Origin: Takakia lepidozioides
Lineage: Eukaryota > Plantae > Bryophyta
Length of the DNA stretch: 64,000 nt
Direction: 5' to 3'
NCBI GenBank assembly: GCA_030704615.1
Contig: CM060732.1
Location: forward strand, 11,284,001-11,348,000
Below the pieces are notes generated by a model, which saw only the letters and a program-made list of their open reading frames with translations, had not been told where the DNA came from and made no database searches. The translations under genes and the position numbers were made by a program. This document shows positions 1 to 14,052 of this stretch, piece by piece; the first letter of the stretch is position 1, and every line of letters begins with the position of its first letter.

Positions 1-580
1 TAATGGATCACCCTAACGCGTTCCTACTTCGGACTGGATTACAGTAAGATCTCCGATACGGGCGTGATGACTGTAAAACAAAAGGGTGGAGGAAGCATAA
101 AACAATCTCACAAAGGAAATGAGTTGATGGTATGCGTTGCCGGCTAATCGCAATTCCTGAAATATTGCTGTTCTGGACACCGTGTTGAAGGCGTTGGTCA
201 CATCCACCTGAAGGACGGCCCAGTCTGGATGAAGGTCAAGGGAAGCCCGAATCCCATGCACCACCGCTTCACAACCTCCCGGGGTAGCGAGCCAAACTGA
301 TGTGGAGAGAAGTGAGAAGTAAAGATCTCCCGAAACCAAGCGATAGAGAACCTCCCCCACTGCAATAGAACGAATCCCTCCCGTGTTCTTGGACATGGCT
401 AAGAGCCGTGCTGCTTCAAACAAATGTGCTATTGGGGTAGATATATATCCAATCGCAATGAAAGAACAAACTTGGAACAGCTCGGAAAAGCCACTAGCAG
501 AATCATGTGGATTGAGACACTCACGGAGGTGTTCATACACCAATCCAGACAGACCGACTGGACATATTTTGGAGCAACTC
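1..580 (-). mobile_element. Non-LTR retrotransposon RT fragment, CRE-like, 5'-truncated/degenerate, runs off window start
   Basis: ORF 13..543 has YEHLRECL, GGIRSIAVGEVLYRLV, PGGCEAVVHGIR and VLQVDVTNAFNTVSR. These are RT domain 0-3 motifs that I recognise from CRE-clade LINEs. An apparent internal deletion and a stop occur before the QGDP motif. Confidence 0.8.
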
Positions 581-2021
581 CTTGCAGTTGTTCTGTAACA
601 TCAGTAGAACTCCACCATGCACATTGCATTTTGAAAGCATGCTCAAGAGATTTCTGAGGGAAAAACATATGGTGATTGTAGCTTGCTGGTTAGTACAAAA
701 GGTTGCAGGCACAAAAACACTGCAAGGTGTCTCCTTGGATTTATGGACAGACACCAGTAAGCAAGAAGCCATAAGTTATCATCTTCTGATTGGAGCAAAG
801 GCCCAAAATGCCTGTTTTTTTTCTGTTTTTTTTTTCACAGCAATAAGCTGAGACCAATAAATAATACACAAATTCTTGCCGGTCAAGTGAAAAAATGCAG
901 CAACAGCCTTTCCTCATTGGCTGGAAGGGCATATTTCGAAGATGAGTTGTAATTGGAGCAAATTGCCGCTAAACAAGCTCAACTTCGCTGCTATCAACCT
1001 CATTTCAAGCTGGTGTGACGGAATGTGAATTTACTAGCTAAGGCTCAACATACTTAGAAGGTCACCAACCTGCAATAATTTAAGTAGAGTTGGGGACTTC
1101 CAACTGTTACATTATGAGTCATTCAACAACTCTACCCAATTAATACATATTTGACTTGGACCACATGGCTAAACAAAATGAAAAGAGCAGCAGATCAGCT
1201 TGTGAGGAAGAGGGGCAGCAGCACAAACCAGAATTAAAAAAAATTCAAAATTCAATCAGGTTGTAGGTACCTGCCACAAAGCATTTCCCATTGGACATTA
1301 GCTCGCACAAATGGCCTCATCTCCACATGGCAGGAGATGGAACTGTTGGTTACTGCGGGCAATTGCCCTGGGCAGCAACCGGGAACCACTGGTACAGGTT
1401 ATTGCCATGGGGAAGAGATTAAATGAGAATGATGTAAGAGAAAATATCAGCTGGTTTCTGTGGTGGTGTCAAAAGCATCTGCCCTCGAGGAGACTCCAAA
1501 ATTTACAGACCTGGGCCCTCAAATTGTGGAATCTCCTTGTGATAATATACCAGTGTCCAGTGAGCATCAGTTTGAAGCTGCATCCACACTTAGGCTTGTT
1601 AGCGGCTACTGGTAGGACCTGAAACTATCATGGAAGAAGTCCTGGTGCAAAGGGTGAGAGGGCACAAGATCACTGACAAATACGGAACCAAATCAGCCTA
1701 GAGGTGGCTTGCAGATTGTCACATCTAAGAAAACAGGGGCTAGTGCATATTGGGGACTACATATCTCATCACCTGCTTCTTCTCTCCCATCTAAGTCATT
1801 CTACCCTTGTCTCGTTGAAGATGTGCCTACATAGCTACCTTTACAGACTGAGGAAGTCAGTGACATTAGAAAGAATCCTGATGCCAACGGCGAAAAAGTA
1901 AGAAGCCCAAGCTGCCACTGCCTCCTGTGCTGAGCAGACTTTGTTCAGAGGCATGGTCATCATCAAGAAGCAGACTGCTAATCCCCAGTCCAGTAAGCCA
2001 TTGCAGGACAATGACTGCTGC

Positions 2022-3175
2022 CTAAACCCTGTGGTCCGGCGATCGAGACCGTCGTCGAATGTGATGCCGGACAGGTGAACCCACTCGGAGAGGTGGCGAA
2101 TGTGATTGAGACCACTGATGGTCACGTTCCCTATCTCTTCCCTTTTCCCAGTCCCTCTCACGATCTCTCTCCCAGTCTCTGTCCTTGTCCCTGTCTCGTC
2201 CAATGCGGCCCCGCTCACGGTTGCGATAGATGTCGCCCCTCTCTCTCTCCCGGTATCTTTCGCGCTGGGAATCTCTCTCCTCCCTATCCTTCTCACGGTC
2301 CTCCCTCTCTCGCACTCCCTTCTCTTTCTCCTTTTCTCTCTCCTTGTCTCGTCCATTCTCTTTTGTGGACTTCTCGAGTTCTAGTTCCTTCTCCCTCTGC
2401 TTGCGCTTTTCTTCCGACTCTTGCTCTCTTGCTGTTTTTTCTTCCTCCCTTTGTTTGTCCTTCCGTTCCTGACCAAGGGTCATTCATTTTTACTATTATT
2501 AGTCATACCCAAATACATAAGATTTCCTTAGAATCATCTGCCCAATTCCAGATTGCCACGAAGCTTAAACAAAATCTTCCAAAGGTCCAGACGTTACTAT
2601 GGAAGAATTTTTGGAACATTAACTCATGCCCCAAGACTATTCCACACCGTTTCTCCCATTCTCTTTACAGTATCATCACTTTACAGGATTAATGGATAGG
2701 CATGACAACAGTAGCACATCCAACTCAAGAATCTTTGCAAAAAGTTTCCATTGGAGGGTTATTAAGGCCAGCACTGTTTGGACAGTAGCGGTTTTGATCC
2801 AGACCTGCTGTAGAAAGCTCTTAACTTCACACAGTTTGCTGTAAACTTTCACCTCAAAACTAGGCCCAAGGAAGGCCACAGCTTCTTGATTTCTCTTGAT
2901 CTTCCCTCACTGTGCAAAAGTAGGTCGCATTGATCCAGAAGTTTATGGCCTCTACTGCTGAAGTGTATATGAGACCAAATGAGAGTCCCAAAATTTATCT
3001 ACTCAAAATACACTGACAGACTCGATAAGTTCCAGTGGGGTAAGAGAATGAAAGAAAAAGAAAGAAAGAAATCAGTTTTATAAAAGAGAGACGAAAAGAG
3101 AGGGGAGGACTGACCAAAAGAACGTACTTGTATGACTTTGCGTGTAGTATCCTTGCTGCCATGGGGGAGACAGAA

Positions 3176-3219
<44 letters not shown>

Positions 3220-6200
3220 ACCCTACCTTGACTTCAACCAAATAATCACGAACCAAGCCAAAACCAACATGCTGCTTCCCAGTCATATGTGATTGTGTTC
3301 GTTCTGTTGCGTCATTGGCTACTAAAAAAGATCCACAGATTTCACACAGGGCCATCTTCTTCTCTTGGGAGAGAATCAACCCTCGCTCACTGGATACTTG
3401 TTGCATCACCACCATCTTTTCAGCATTGAGAAGATCTACCTGAACTCAAAGGCAGATACATTAAAAAAAGGCCCCTTCCTTGTCACAGTATCTTTCAACG
3501 TTAAGATCTGTCTGAACAAAACATTCAAGAAGGCATCTTCCTTATCAGACATGTCCCCCCCTGGTTGGAAATCTGAGTCCTGCAGGGGAGCCAAAGCTCA
3601 TTTCCAGCAGACAGGTCAAATTCGTGGGAAATAGCTACAGTGCAGGGTCAACCAGGCGAGCATCTAACATCAAACCTGTGACAAGCCAACTTCAACCCAT
3701 GCCACATGCTGAAATAACGCGCTAGCAGAAAGAATATTGCAATTCAGTTGTCCACTTGCTGCTTGGGACATGGAAACCCTCACGGCTGATCCAAAAAAAT
3801 CAACGAGGGAGGAAGATGTCCCCTGATTTAAGCCTGTACACATTCAAGTACCTTTTTCATGAGAGCCTGAGCTTCATCAACCTTGCCCTCCTCACCAAGA
3901 TTCTCACTCTGCTCCAAAAGCTTTTTAATCTTCTCCTCAATTGCTGACAATTGATCAGTCTTCTCAGTGGACAACGGAACCAAGGATGAAAGATCAACAT
4001 CCTGTGCAAGCCGTTCGCGCCCTCGTCTTACCTTCCGATCTAAGTCTTGAACCTGCCAGCCAAGCAACTCCATTTGTGCTTCTAAAGCAAAGAATACAAG
4101 TGGTTGACCTACATAACTTGAGGCTAGGAATACCCAGAAAATATAAATGATACAATGTTACTTGCAAAATGGGTATATAGTGAAGTGAGGCTACTGAGAC
4201 AAAACATGTGTCACAAATTCAGTTGAATCAATAAACAATGGTTTGTGAACTCACCAGCTTCTCACAAAATTGTACAAGCTCAACTTCAAACCGAGGAACA
4301 TATAAATCATGCCGTGTTGATTGCTCATAACTGCATCAGCAAGCAAAACAGATAAGATGGAGATTCTGACTCATCAGTTCACTCCAAATAAACATGAACA
4401 TGAAGGGCTGAGAAACCCATTTGCATATTCAAAATAGAGAATTACCCAGCATGAAACTGTTCTGTCAGAGAGTTGCCAAAGACAAAGGCCACCACAGCAC
4501 CTTTCTTTCATACAAAACAGAAACAAGCAAAAAGATCTTATCAGTCCATCCTCTTCATACTTATGAATGAAAAGAAGTTAGACGGCTTGCAATATAAGCG
4601 GATAAACTATTTTATGCAACACACAGAAGTTCCAACACATCCCTTAAAAAATAATCTGGATATGTGATAAGGAGCATGTGATGTGTTGAATGCAAAGCAA
4701 CATTGCAAGCTTCAAGCTAAGTGAGCAATATGAAGCACCAGAGTTCACAAAACACCCTCACCCATTGCCAAACAAACATGAGTTATCGCTTTTTAAAATC
4801 TATCAAATAATGATAAGGAGCAAGTCCTACTACATGCAGCATCTTAAGCCATTAGAGGTTTGCCTTTACTTCCAAGAGCACATGTCATTTGTTTCGCAGA
4901 GATAGCTGAGCAAAGCATCCTATGTGTATCCCAGTGACACTGGATTTCAATACCAGTCAACACACTTGATGGGTCAGTAACAAAACTCTGACAGGATAAA
5001 GGGAGCACTGCGTATTTAGAAAGTGCTACTTGTTCAAATGGGACTTGGAACCAGAAGAGGGTTGTCTTGCTGGGAGGGTTGCTGGTCGGCATCTCCAAAA
5101 GGCTACAACAAAGCTGAGCTCAATGCAACAATTTGTCCTATTGAGATTCCTCCCTTCGAAAGGATGGATCATCTGATGGGACAGTGCAGGCCATATAAAG
5201 AGGTTGCCATAGGGTTCCAACTGGGAAGTTCCATATCTACAGATATATACTGGTAGATGGATCACTCTCGCCCGGTTTGAATGTCAGCAGGCAAGAAATG
5301 TGGCCTTCATTATCACAGGTAGTCACCTTTCCTTGAGTTTTGGATCATGAATCTTGGAACACGGCCCTGCCATAAGAACAAATTCCCGAACTCGTCACTT
5401 GCCTCATTTGACAAAAGACATCCTCAAACCACAGGATATTACCTTGCATCTAGCCCTAGAGAGGCCCAGCAACAACTATGGGACTCAAAGGTCAAAATCT
5501 CTTGTTTCCTATCTCTTCCACCATGCACACAAATATGGGGTCTTCTGTCCATAGATATTGATATCTGAAATGACCTTGATACTAAATGCATTTCAAAACA
5601 AAGAGATTTAAGTGAGAGAGAGGAAGCATACCAAGGTCACTCTTGGTATTGACAAACAACTCATGGGGGCAAAAGCGGACCAAATAGCAGCCACACACCT
5701 CCTTATCATCCCATCGTACTTCCCTGTGCGCTTTCTTTTCCTCAGCAGTCAGATTACGGGCTGTTACATTCTCCCAAACAACAACTACCTTATCAGAAGA
5801 TGAGGAATAAATGTCTTGATGTTTACAAGGTCAAAATGTCTCTCAGTGACTGTAATTTCCAGCGACTACAACTGATGTCCCTTGGCAAACACCTTCCCCG
5901 TTTTCTAAATATAGTTATGAAAAAATCCTAACAAATTGTACACAATTGTAGTTAGAATTGGAAGGAAAAAACAAACGGCGACCAGTTGAGTACAAACAGG
6001 GACCAGTCAGCCTTAATGACTTATATTCTGCTAGGAGAAATTAAAGTGGAGGAAGAATGCATGTTGCAGATTAAGTATTCAGAGGCCCTACACGCAAAGA
6101 AGACCACCGTCCCTACTTGAAGCATCAAACCCTGACCAGAACACCTTTGACAACATTGATATATGATAATTTCTCAGGCCTACCCTCTATAGCAGACTTA

Positions 6201-6604
6201 GCTTGCAGATTAATTTAGAGCATGGGCCTCATGAACACAAATAAGTGTCATGTGGTACCCATACATGTTTCCCTTAGCATCTCCACTCATCTGTCCTCTC
6301 TTATTGATCACACGTTTCTGTCATCCTGCATTCCCTTCTACGTTTATCAGAAGTTCGAATGCTTCAACTTTTTGAGCAGGATTTTCAAATTAACAGAGTC
6401 CAGCAAGTGTCATGGTTTTAGGCCATGCAGAGAAGAAAGAGAAGGTCTAATTAAGGAGCTGGTGTAGCAGCTGAACTGCAACTCCACCATCCACGTAGTT
6501 CATCATTACTGCTTGAAGACTAGATAATAGAAACAGAAAAGAAGATTGCGATGAGCACCAGTTCCCATGAGTTCATCCAGCAATGCTCGCTGAGCTTCCA
6601 CCAT
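2022..6604 (-). CDS. LUC7: LUC7-family U1 snRNP-associated splicing factor (7 coding exons: 6604-6559, 5760-5632, 5366-5327, 4330-4255, 4052-3852, 3439-3227, 2468-2022)
   Basis: Spliced at GT-AG sites the frame reads MVEAQRALLDELMG...VCGCYLVRFCPHELFVNTKSDLGPCSKIH (ZnF1), then a coiled coil, then LCEICGSFL...HMTGKQH (ZnF2) and an RE/RD/RS-rich tail. Confidence 0.93.
3179..3218 (+). repeat. (GA)n microsatellite in LUC7 intron
   Basis: About 20 perfect AG dinucleotides beginning just inside the intron after the donor at 3226. Confidence 0.95.
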
Positions 6605-7596
6605 CGTAACTCTTGTACTTCACCGCGGTGGAAACACAAACTCGTAGGAGTCTACTCTTGCAATATTACAAAACAAATTATCCGTAGTAGACGTGTATAA
6701 ATCTCTGCTGCTCCTCGCAAAGTCGCACCGCCCCTCAACTCTTCACACGACACAGCGGCCAAAGTAAGTCCACCTCGTCGATCAACAATGCGCACCAAAC
6801 GAAAAGTTATCTCGAAAATCTTGGTGCTACGTGAAGGCCAACAACCTTGCATCTAGTATGTACGAGCAGAGTACCACGACAGACGATGATTCCATCCCGT
6901 GCTTGGAGCCTTCCAGCCCTCCAAAATGCCAAGCAAACCAGATTCAGAATCCTCCAAAACTCATCCCTAACTACCACCCCCACGAACTACGACAGAAGCG
7001 TCGAGTCTTCCGCATAAAAAACCCTAGTTCCATCCACGCACATTGTGGCTCTCAACCGTCTCAGCCTAGAAGCCCTCCCATCCCAGATGATCCATCACAG
7101 AGCCTCGTCCATACGGTGACCAACACTCCACCTTGATTGCAAATGCTTTCAGTTTATTCTCTCGACTACACCATTCCAGCAATGAGTTTCGCTCTCCATT
7201 TCCTCCACTAATGCAGCAATTTCTCCAATGCAAGATGCACACTCAAAGGTTGGAATGAACAGCATGCGCGCAATCTGTCCCTCACTCGCGCACTCCAACC
7301 ATCATCTCCACATTCTCAAACACAGAAACACAGAAACACTCAACGCAGCGCGGCAACAGACAAGAATGGTTGCCATCGGAGTGGCCCTCTACCCCCCATC
7401 TCGACCGCTTATCGTTAATTTATGGACGGTGGAGAGATATATATATAATGAGGGAAACAACTGGGAGCGACAGCTCACAAATCAGGCCTCTTAATAGTGA
7501 GAGGAGAAAATAACCTCTTTCAGAGTAACCCCGCCATGGAGGCTGAGAAATGGGACACCTGCGCAGGAAAGGGGAGGAGAATATAATACCACACCC

Positions 7597-7668
7597 TCAA
7601 GTAGCAGGTTTTGACCCCAAAATCATCTGGGTGGCACTCAGTGCGCTAACCAACTGAGCTACTCTTAT
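7597..7668 (-). mobile_element. tRNA-derived SINE head or degenerate tRNA pseudogene
   Basis: Minus strand reads AGAGTAGCTCAGTTGGTTAGCGC (A box/D arm) ... GGGGTCAAAACC (degenerate B box). The anticodon and acceptor stems pair poorly, so it is not a functional tRNA. Confidence 0.6.
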
Positions 7669-8090
7669 ATACGTTGACGGTTTATAATTACCTGAAGAGT
7701 AGTAAATCGATTTATGAAATATCCTTGTCTATCCGAACCGTCCATGTAATTTTAATGGACGGTAGATTTCGTATAGATGTTCAGATCGCAACCGCATATC
7801 TTGAAATAGTTGACGGCGTATGAAAATTTTCGTGTAGTCAATCGCAAGTAATTTATGGGATGGATTCTGACCAAGGTTTCAGAGTCGAGGTAACCGTGGT
7901 GACACGTGAGGGGCTGTGTGTGTAGTGAGGAGAGGAAGAAGAAGCAGAGTTCGAGCAAGCATGGAGGGAAATCTGCAATAGGCACGGCAGGAAAGAAGAA
8001 AGGATTAGGGTTTCTTCTGGATCCTGTTGGTTGGGAGAATAGAGGGAGGGAAGAAGGAGGGCGGGACGGTTTGCGTAAGGAGTGGTAGCC

Positions 8091-11000
8091 ATGGATGGCT
8101 TTTTGGGGGATGATAGCAGGGCAGAAGCTAGCCCGGTTATGAAATGGAGAGACAACGTGGGTCGGCGGTTCCAGTACTATCTGGACAAATCAACACCCCA
8201 TCCGGTGGCTCGTTGGGCAGGTTCTCTAGTGGTAGCCGCGATCTTTTGCTTACGGGTTTACTATATCAAGGGTTTCTACATTGTCACATATGGGCTCGGC
8301 ATATACATTCTCAACCTTCTAATTGGATTTTTGTCGCCGCAAGTGGATCCTGATAGTGAGGGTCCCGCTCTCCCCAGCAAGGGCAGCGATGAATTCAAGC
8401 CGTTTATACGACGGCTTCCGGAGTTCAAATTCTGGTGCATTTCTTCGAGGCCCCCTTTAATCTCAAGGACTTTTCACGCATGTGCTCTTTCTTGCAAATC
8501 CTGAGGTCCTGGGCGACTAACAATCTCTCTCTCTATCTCTCTCTGTTGTGTCTCTCTCTCTGTCACACACACAAACGCACACTTAGATGCCTGGTTCTGC
8601 AGGGGAAAATCCCAAAGCATACTCATCTCATGTGGAAGTGGAAGTGGGATATTAATCTGTGAGTTGCGATCGGGGAATATAACATCGGCGTGGGAACCAC
8701 CCGAGTGTAAGACCATCTCTTACTGATGGACTATCTCTGCCAGTTTATGGATCAAGTAGGGAAACATGAATACACAGTGCCCTCTATCACCAATGTGAAC
8801 TCCAGAGTAACTGGCTGCTCGTTCAACAGGAAGGGACTGCTATATAGTGTCAGTTGGATGTGGAAGGAATGAGGCAAAAAAACTTATTTCACCACAAAAT
8901 GGGACATTATTGGAGCCAGGTCTGAAGTACAAGGGTATTGATACTCGGTTTTCTGGCTGTGTATAGAAAAGGCCAAAATTTCAATATAGCTGCAGCCTCT
9001 TGCAACCACCTCTGGGACAACCTCTCTTATGATTAACTTGTTTTGGGTCATGCATTTGCAACGGAGTTGGACTCTAAACAGGCTGACAGTTGCCTCATGG
9101 AAGGCCAAGCACCTGAATGTATCCATTTTGAAGAGTATGGTTTACTGACCATTTGCATGGTCGCAGATCTAGTATTAAGTTTCACATGTCAGGAACTCTT
9201 GTAGGTAGTGGACACTGAAACTTTCTTAATGGAGTGTTTCTGGTGGTGGTCGACTAATGAAATGCTTTCCATGTTTGTTCTAAAAAGAATGAACCTTGAA
9301 ATGTTGTGGGTAATGGAGATGAACCTGATTGTAGTTCTTCATTTGCTCCATCAAATGTGATGATCTGATGAGGCCCGAGGGTGACTTCTGTTTCTTGGGA
9401 ACACACCATTTATTTGTTTGTTTTGAAGCCTGTCAGACCTTTTGAGAAGTTGAGTGATCCAGACCACGTTCTTACGCAATATGCATCTTATCAATCAGAC
9501 TAAGACATGTCTTTGTATATATGAGTCTGAGCTCCAGTCAACTTTCTTGTTGGTTCCCCAAGGTGCTGAGGAGTGTGGTCCATGGGGTAGTTTGGTAGCC
9601 TGCCTGGGTCCAGGATACCTATTTTGGACCATTGTCATTCTGTGATGTAATTGTACCCCATACATGTCTTCCACACATTTGCTCCCCAAGATTCAACATA
9701 TTGTGCACTGGTTTCCTAACTGGTCATGGACACGGGCTGTGGATATGGTGGGGAAACAGGTATGCACTAACAAAGGCATTTATTGTTGCCTTCAGCCTGA
9801 CTTTCTTCAGCATCTTTGATGTGCCAGTGTTTTGGCCCATTCTCCTACTGTACTGGATTGTGCTATTTGTGCTCACAATGAAGCGCCAAATCAGACACAT
9901 GATTAAATATCGATATGTTCCTTTCTCTGTCGGCAAACAGGTACCTCCTTACCCCTCTCACCCTAGTTGTGTAAATGGTGAGCAGCTCTGGGTGGGTCCT
10001 GTCTGTTCAGAATGCAAGGGGATGGGTTCAGCGTTAGCTGCTTGGGAGTAATGGGAAAGGGGCAAGAGAGGAAAAATACTCATTGACAGCTCGCTCTGTA
10101 ACACTGGCTTAGGCATACCCTTGTTTCCCTTGGACTACATGTCCCCTTGGAGATGGCCATGGATTCCCAACAAACCAGGGTAATTGAGGTAAGCCCAAAA
10201 TTGCTATAATGGCTGCACACAGCCGATGAGACTTGAGTTACAGAATTCTAGTGTTAATTTCAGGGCTCACATGGAGAAAACACACTACGTATTGCAGCAT
10301 TAGCTGTGATGTAGGGTATATATCGTACACAGATGTGACATGTGGCTGAGAGTGGCACTGCCAGGGACACTGCACTATCTGTGTGTGTGTGCTAGAGAGG
10401 GACAGTGGAAGACATGTGATCATTCATGTTCACCCAATGGGCAGCTTTGGAGGCCCTTCCTTCGTTTCTTTACCCTGGTTGAATAGGATGACTCCTGGTT
10501 TAGTTCTCCGGTCACTTGCCTGGGAAGTTCACAGAACTCATTAGGTTGCACCCAGTGTTGGGAACTTCTGAAGTTGGAAGTCATAGCGGCTGGCCACTAA
10601 TCAAGAAGGGGTTGAAATGTCTTAAAAACTCTGCAATTGACTCTCTAAGAACAAGGCTGCAGCCAAGATTTTTCAGTTTCTTTGTTTGCTTATGTGCTGT
10701 TCTCTGAAAAGTCCTCTGGATCTGTTGTCAGAGTTCTCTTGCGTTGGAGATGGTCTCATCCCTCTGTTCTATTTTGTTACAGTCTGAATGTAAGCTCTGC
10801 ACTTAGATGGATACTAAGCCTTTAAATTCTTCTACCAAGTACACAAAAGAATGCTGCTATAGCTTAATACTGGTGACAAGATCCTTGATTTGAATAACGT
10901 CAAAAATGATCTGGAAAACATGTGTACTCGACTGTTATGAACCTGTAAGGTATCCTAGAAGACAGGACACTGCCAAGATAGCGGTCGCAGGTAGTGAAAC

Positions 11001-11406
11001 TTGGCAGCTTCCCTGACCTGGCAGACTGCCATCCCACAATCTCCAGTAGAAGGTGTATGTAATAGTTGCCTTTTAGGTACAACCAACTTAAGACCCATGA
11101 TTCTCGTCTTCAGCCTTAGGCTTTACTCTTGTTCCCCCTCCACTTAGTGAGTTTCTGAACTTGCCTGTGTTTGGATTCTGTACTTGTTGCATCAGAAAAG
11201 CTAGTGGTGCTGGCTGTAATTTTGGATCTCATCCTGTAGATAAAATCACATGCAGTCTACCAATTCTGTGGGGAAATTTATGCATCTCAAAGAGATGCAA
11301 ATTTGTTATGGATAGGTTATACTCAGGAGAGTGGGTTGTGGGGATGCAGCGTTACCAGGGGAAGAGACCAGCTTCATCTGACAAGGCAAGCACTTCCAAA
11401 GACTAG
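8091..11406 (+). CDS. RER1: RER1 Golgi-to-ER retrieval receptor (exons 8091-8434, 9760-9940, 11350-11406)
   Basis: [11 protein letters not shown]...[23 protein letters not shown]...[15 protein letters not shown]|YALTKA...[14 protein letters not shown]...[22 protein letters not shown]|RYQGK. GT-AG joins keep the frame. Confidence 0.95.
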
Positions 11407-12266
11407 CTGGGCACTATGGCTGCCAGGTTGATGGACGTCCCTCCTTTGACTCTCAGACCCTCTAGTGGCCTGCTGGTTGGGACTCTCAGAGAGAGAACGC
11501 GGCGTTTCTCTGGAGGTCAAAAGGGGCAACGTTGGTCGTTCTGGGCTTCTTTCTTGTTGCCTTTCTTGCCTTCCCGTTCTGTTCAGTTTCACTTCTTTTG
11601 GGCCATGTATGTTTGTGTCCTGTCACAATCTGCCCTGGCTGTTTCTTTGGCAGCAGCTCATTGGATATGGCACTTTTATAGAGCATATTTCATTCTTTGC
11701 GCTTTCCAAAGCGATTATCCAAGCTTGTCTTGGTTTGTTGCCAATGGCAATTGTGGCTATTGGATCCAGGCCATTGAGATAGATGAGTGACGGTGCTCCA
11801 TCCTAGCTGGTTGGGAGGCTGGGAACAGTCTCTACTAAGTGGGGATAATTCTGTCTTGAGGTTGTATTTACGTTTTTTTCATACAAACTGGACCTGGGAG
11901 AGGGTTTGGCGAGATCTACCTTCAATATGGTGCCATTATGGAAAAGGCATGCGGCGAACTTGTGGCCTTCGGGTTTTTTGTTTGGTATTGTCTTTCCATA
12001 GCAGTGTATTTTCAAATTTCAGTCAGCAGTAAGCAGACCTTACAAGTGGAAGATTAGGCACAATTGTGGGTACCCCAAGGAACCCCTTGGTTTGGGTTGG
12101 TGCCACTTTACCTTTCTTAGAAGCAGCAGACCTGCCCCAGAAGTGTTAATTGCAACCACAAGCCAGGCTGCAATCTATCTATTGTGCCACTCATTAGGCT
12201 TACTTTTCACAGATCTTTGGTGAGTTAAGCGATCTTCACACCGCCACTACTACTAGTTTTATGTCT

Positions 12267-13290
12267 GTCATGCTCTGGCCAGCTTGTTAGAGCTCCTGCC
12301 ACTGCTGATGGGTTTTTCAGTATCCATGGAATGGCTCTGGGCAAAGTAAGCTAAGGTTGGAACAGTGAACTGTTCCAGTGCCCATCTTTTTGTGTACAGA
12401 ATTCTTAATTGACAATTTTTTTGTAGTTTCTCATTCCGCCCGCAATGGTGCTCAAATCATATTACCTTTGATTGAGCTGTGTGCAATGAAATCAAGTCTT
12501 AACCTTAGTTCCCAGGGTCTTGTGGGGGATTTTGACATGTGAGGAATTTTGTTTCTGGAGCAGGTCATACCTGATGTGCCCGGTGAGCCGTCGGATGCCG
12601 CTGTGACCCTGCAGGCCTCCTCTGCAAGTGAGGAGGGAGAGGAGGTGTAACTGACTCCCAGTCTACCAATTGCTCCTATTACAACATTGAAGTATTGGAT
12701 GGTCCAAGCTTTTTCAGAGGGCATTTATGGGTGCTTGTCTACACACTCAGACATCTTGTCATTAGCTGCAATGCCCCAGAGATATCTCTGCCCTTGTGGG
12801 CTCAGATGTAGTGAGAACTTGTTCCACTAGTATCCTGTGGAGGGGTCAATTCAGCAGTATACCTGTAATTAGGCTCATCTAGGTGCATCCAGATGTTGTG
12901 ATGTGGAACTTCATCCTCAAAAGTTGAAAACTACAGTTGCAACTCTTCGCAGGCTGCACGGAGGATAGAATTTCTATGCCTGCTGGTCCAAGGTCCTTGC
13001 ACTGTGCTTGTTTGCTAGCAGTAGCCTTTGGAAACACAGCTTGCTTTGTCACTCAGGTGCTGCATTTGTCATTCTGTGTGTGCCTTTCTGGACCAAATGT
13101 AGCGTCGTGTTCTGAGTCCTGTCAATATCTGTGGAAGATGATAAGGGTAGGAGTTTAGTTTAGCTGAAGACCTGTGACATAAATGGTTACAAAGTGCAAT
13201 TGGATTCAAGCAACTTGGATTGTGGATTATCAGAGGATACCGAGGTAGCATTGTGATTTTTAGTTTGCACTATAATTGACATTTGGAACT
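12267..13290 (+). repeat. Left arm of long inverted duplication (partner 15940-16543)
   Basis: Colinear blocks match the reverse complement of 15940-16543, for example CAGTCTACCAATTGCTCCT(A/G)TTACAACATTGAAGT and GCCTTTCTGGAC...GGAGTTTAGT...AAGACCTGTG, with indels. Confidence 0.85.
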
Positions 13291-14052
13291 TGAACCAACC
13301 CATGGTGTCATATGCTCAGGCATTGAGGCAAGTTGATAAGTTGAATTCCCTAGAAAACCGGACACATCACAGAATTTTCTAGGGTGCCTCACATCCTTAT
13401 GGTGGAGAGGCCATGACCTCTAAACATGTCTGCATGAGCCTCTAACAGTCAGTGTGGTAGCAATGAAATGTGACACTTCCAGGCCTTGTTGGACGTCCTT
13501 GTGATTTCTCAAGCTCATAAAGCAGGTCGTGGCTCACAAATGGGCGCATCAACATATCACTTCGCAGATCTTTCTCTAGTCTGCCGCTTACCTTACAGAA
13601 TGGCGCCCTTATTTCCTAACGACACTCATACAGACTCCATGGCAATCTCTTACAATCACATCACAAACTGTCTGGACACACAGAGCACAAGAAATTTCAG
13701 AAGGACCTTTGTTACCAGAACATAGTGAACCAGCAATTGCACTGTCGAGGATTTTGCACAGACAAGAAGAGAGAGCCCTTGACAGGAGACAGCCCGGGCC
13801 ATGTTAGCTATCTGGCCCTCAAAGTGATAGCACCTTAAACGTAGCTGTGACAGTGAGCTCAAACAGCTTCAAAACACAGCTTCCAAAAGTCAGATGGTCC
13901 CCTTGACACTGACCCTGGAATTACAATGCAATTCCAGACACTCATCCTGCTGCAAGCAACGGACGATGCTTCCAAAAACCAGTCAAGGGCCAGCGGCCTG
14001 CAAAACTGACTGCCATGAGTAACTTGCCCACATGCACTGCACTCACTGAATC

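Noticed and set aside
1841-2692. Overlapping and antisense ORFs over the last LUC7 exon
   Set aside because: Low-complexity purine-rich RE/RD coding sequence leaves other frames stop-free.
7597-7668. Functional tRNA gene
   Set aside because: The B box lacks TTC, and the anticodon loop and acceptor stem do not fold properly.
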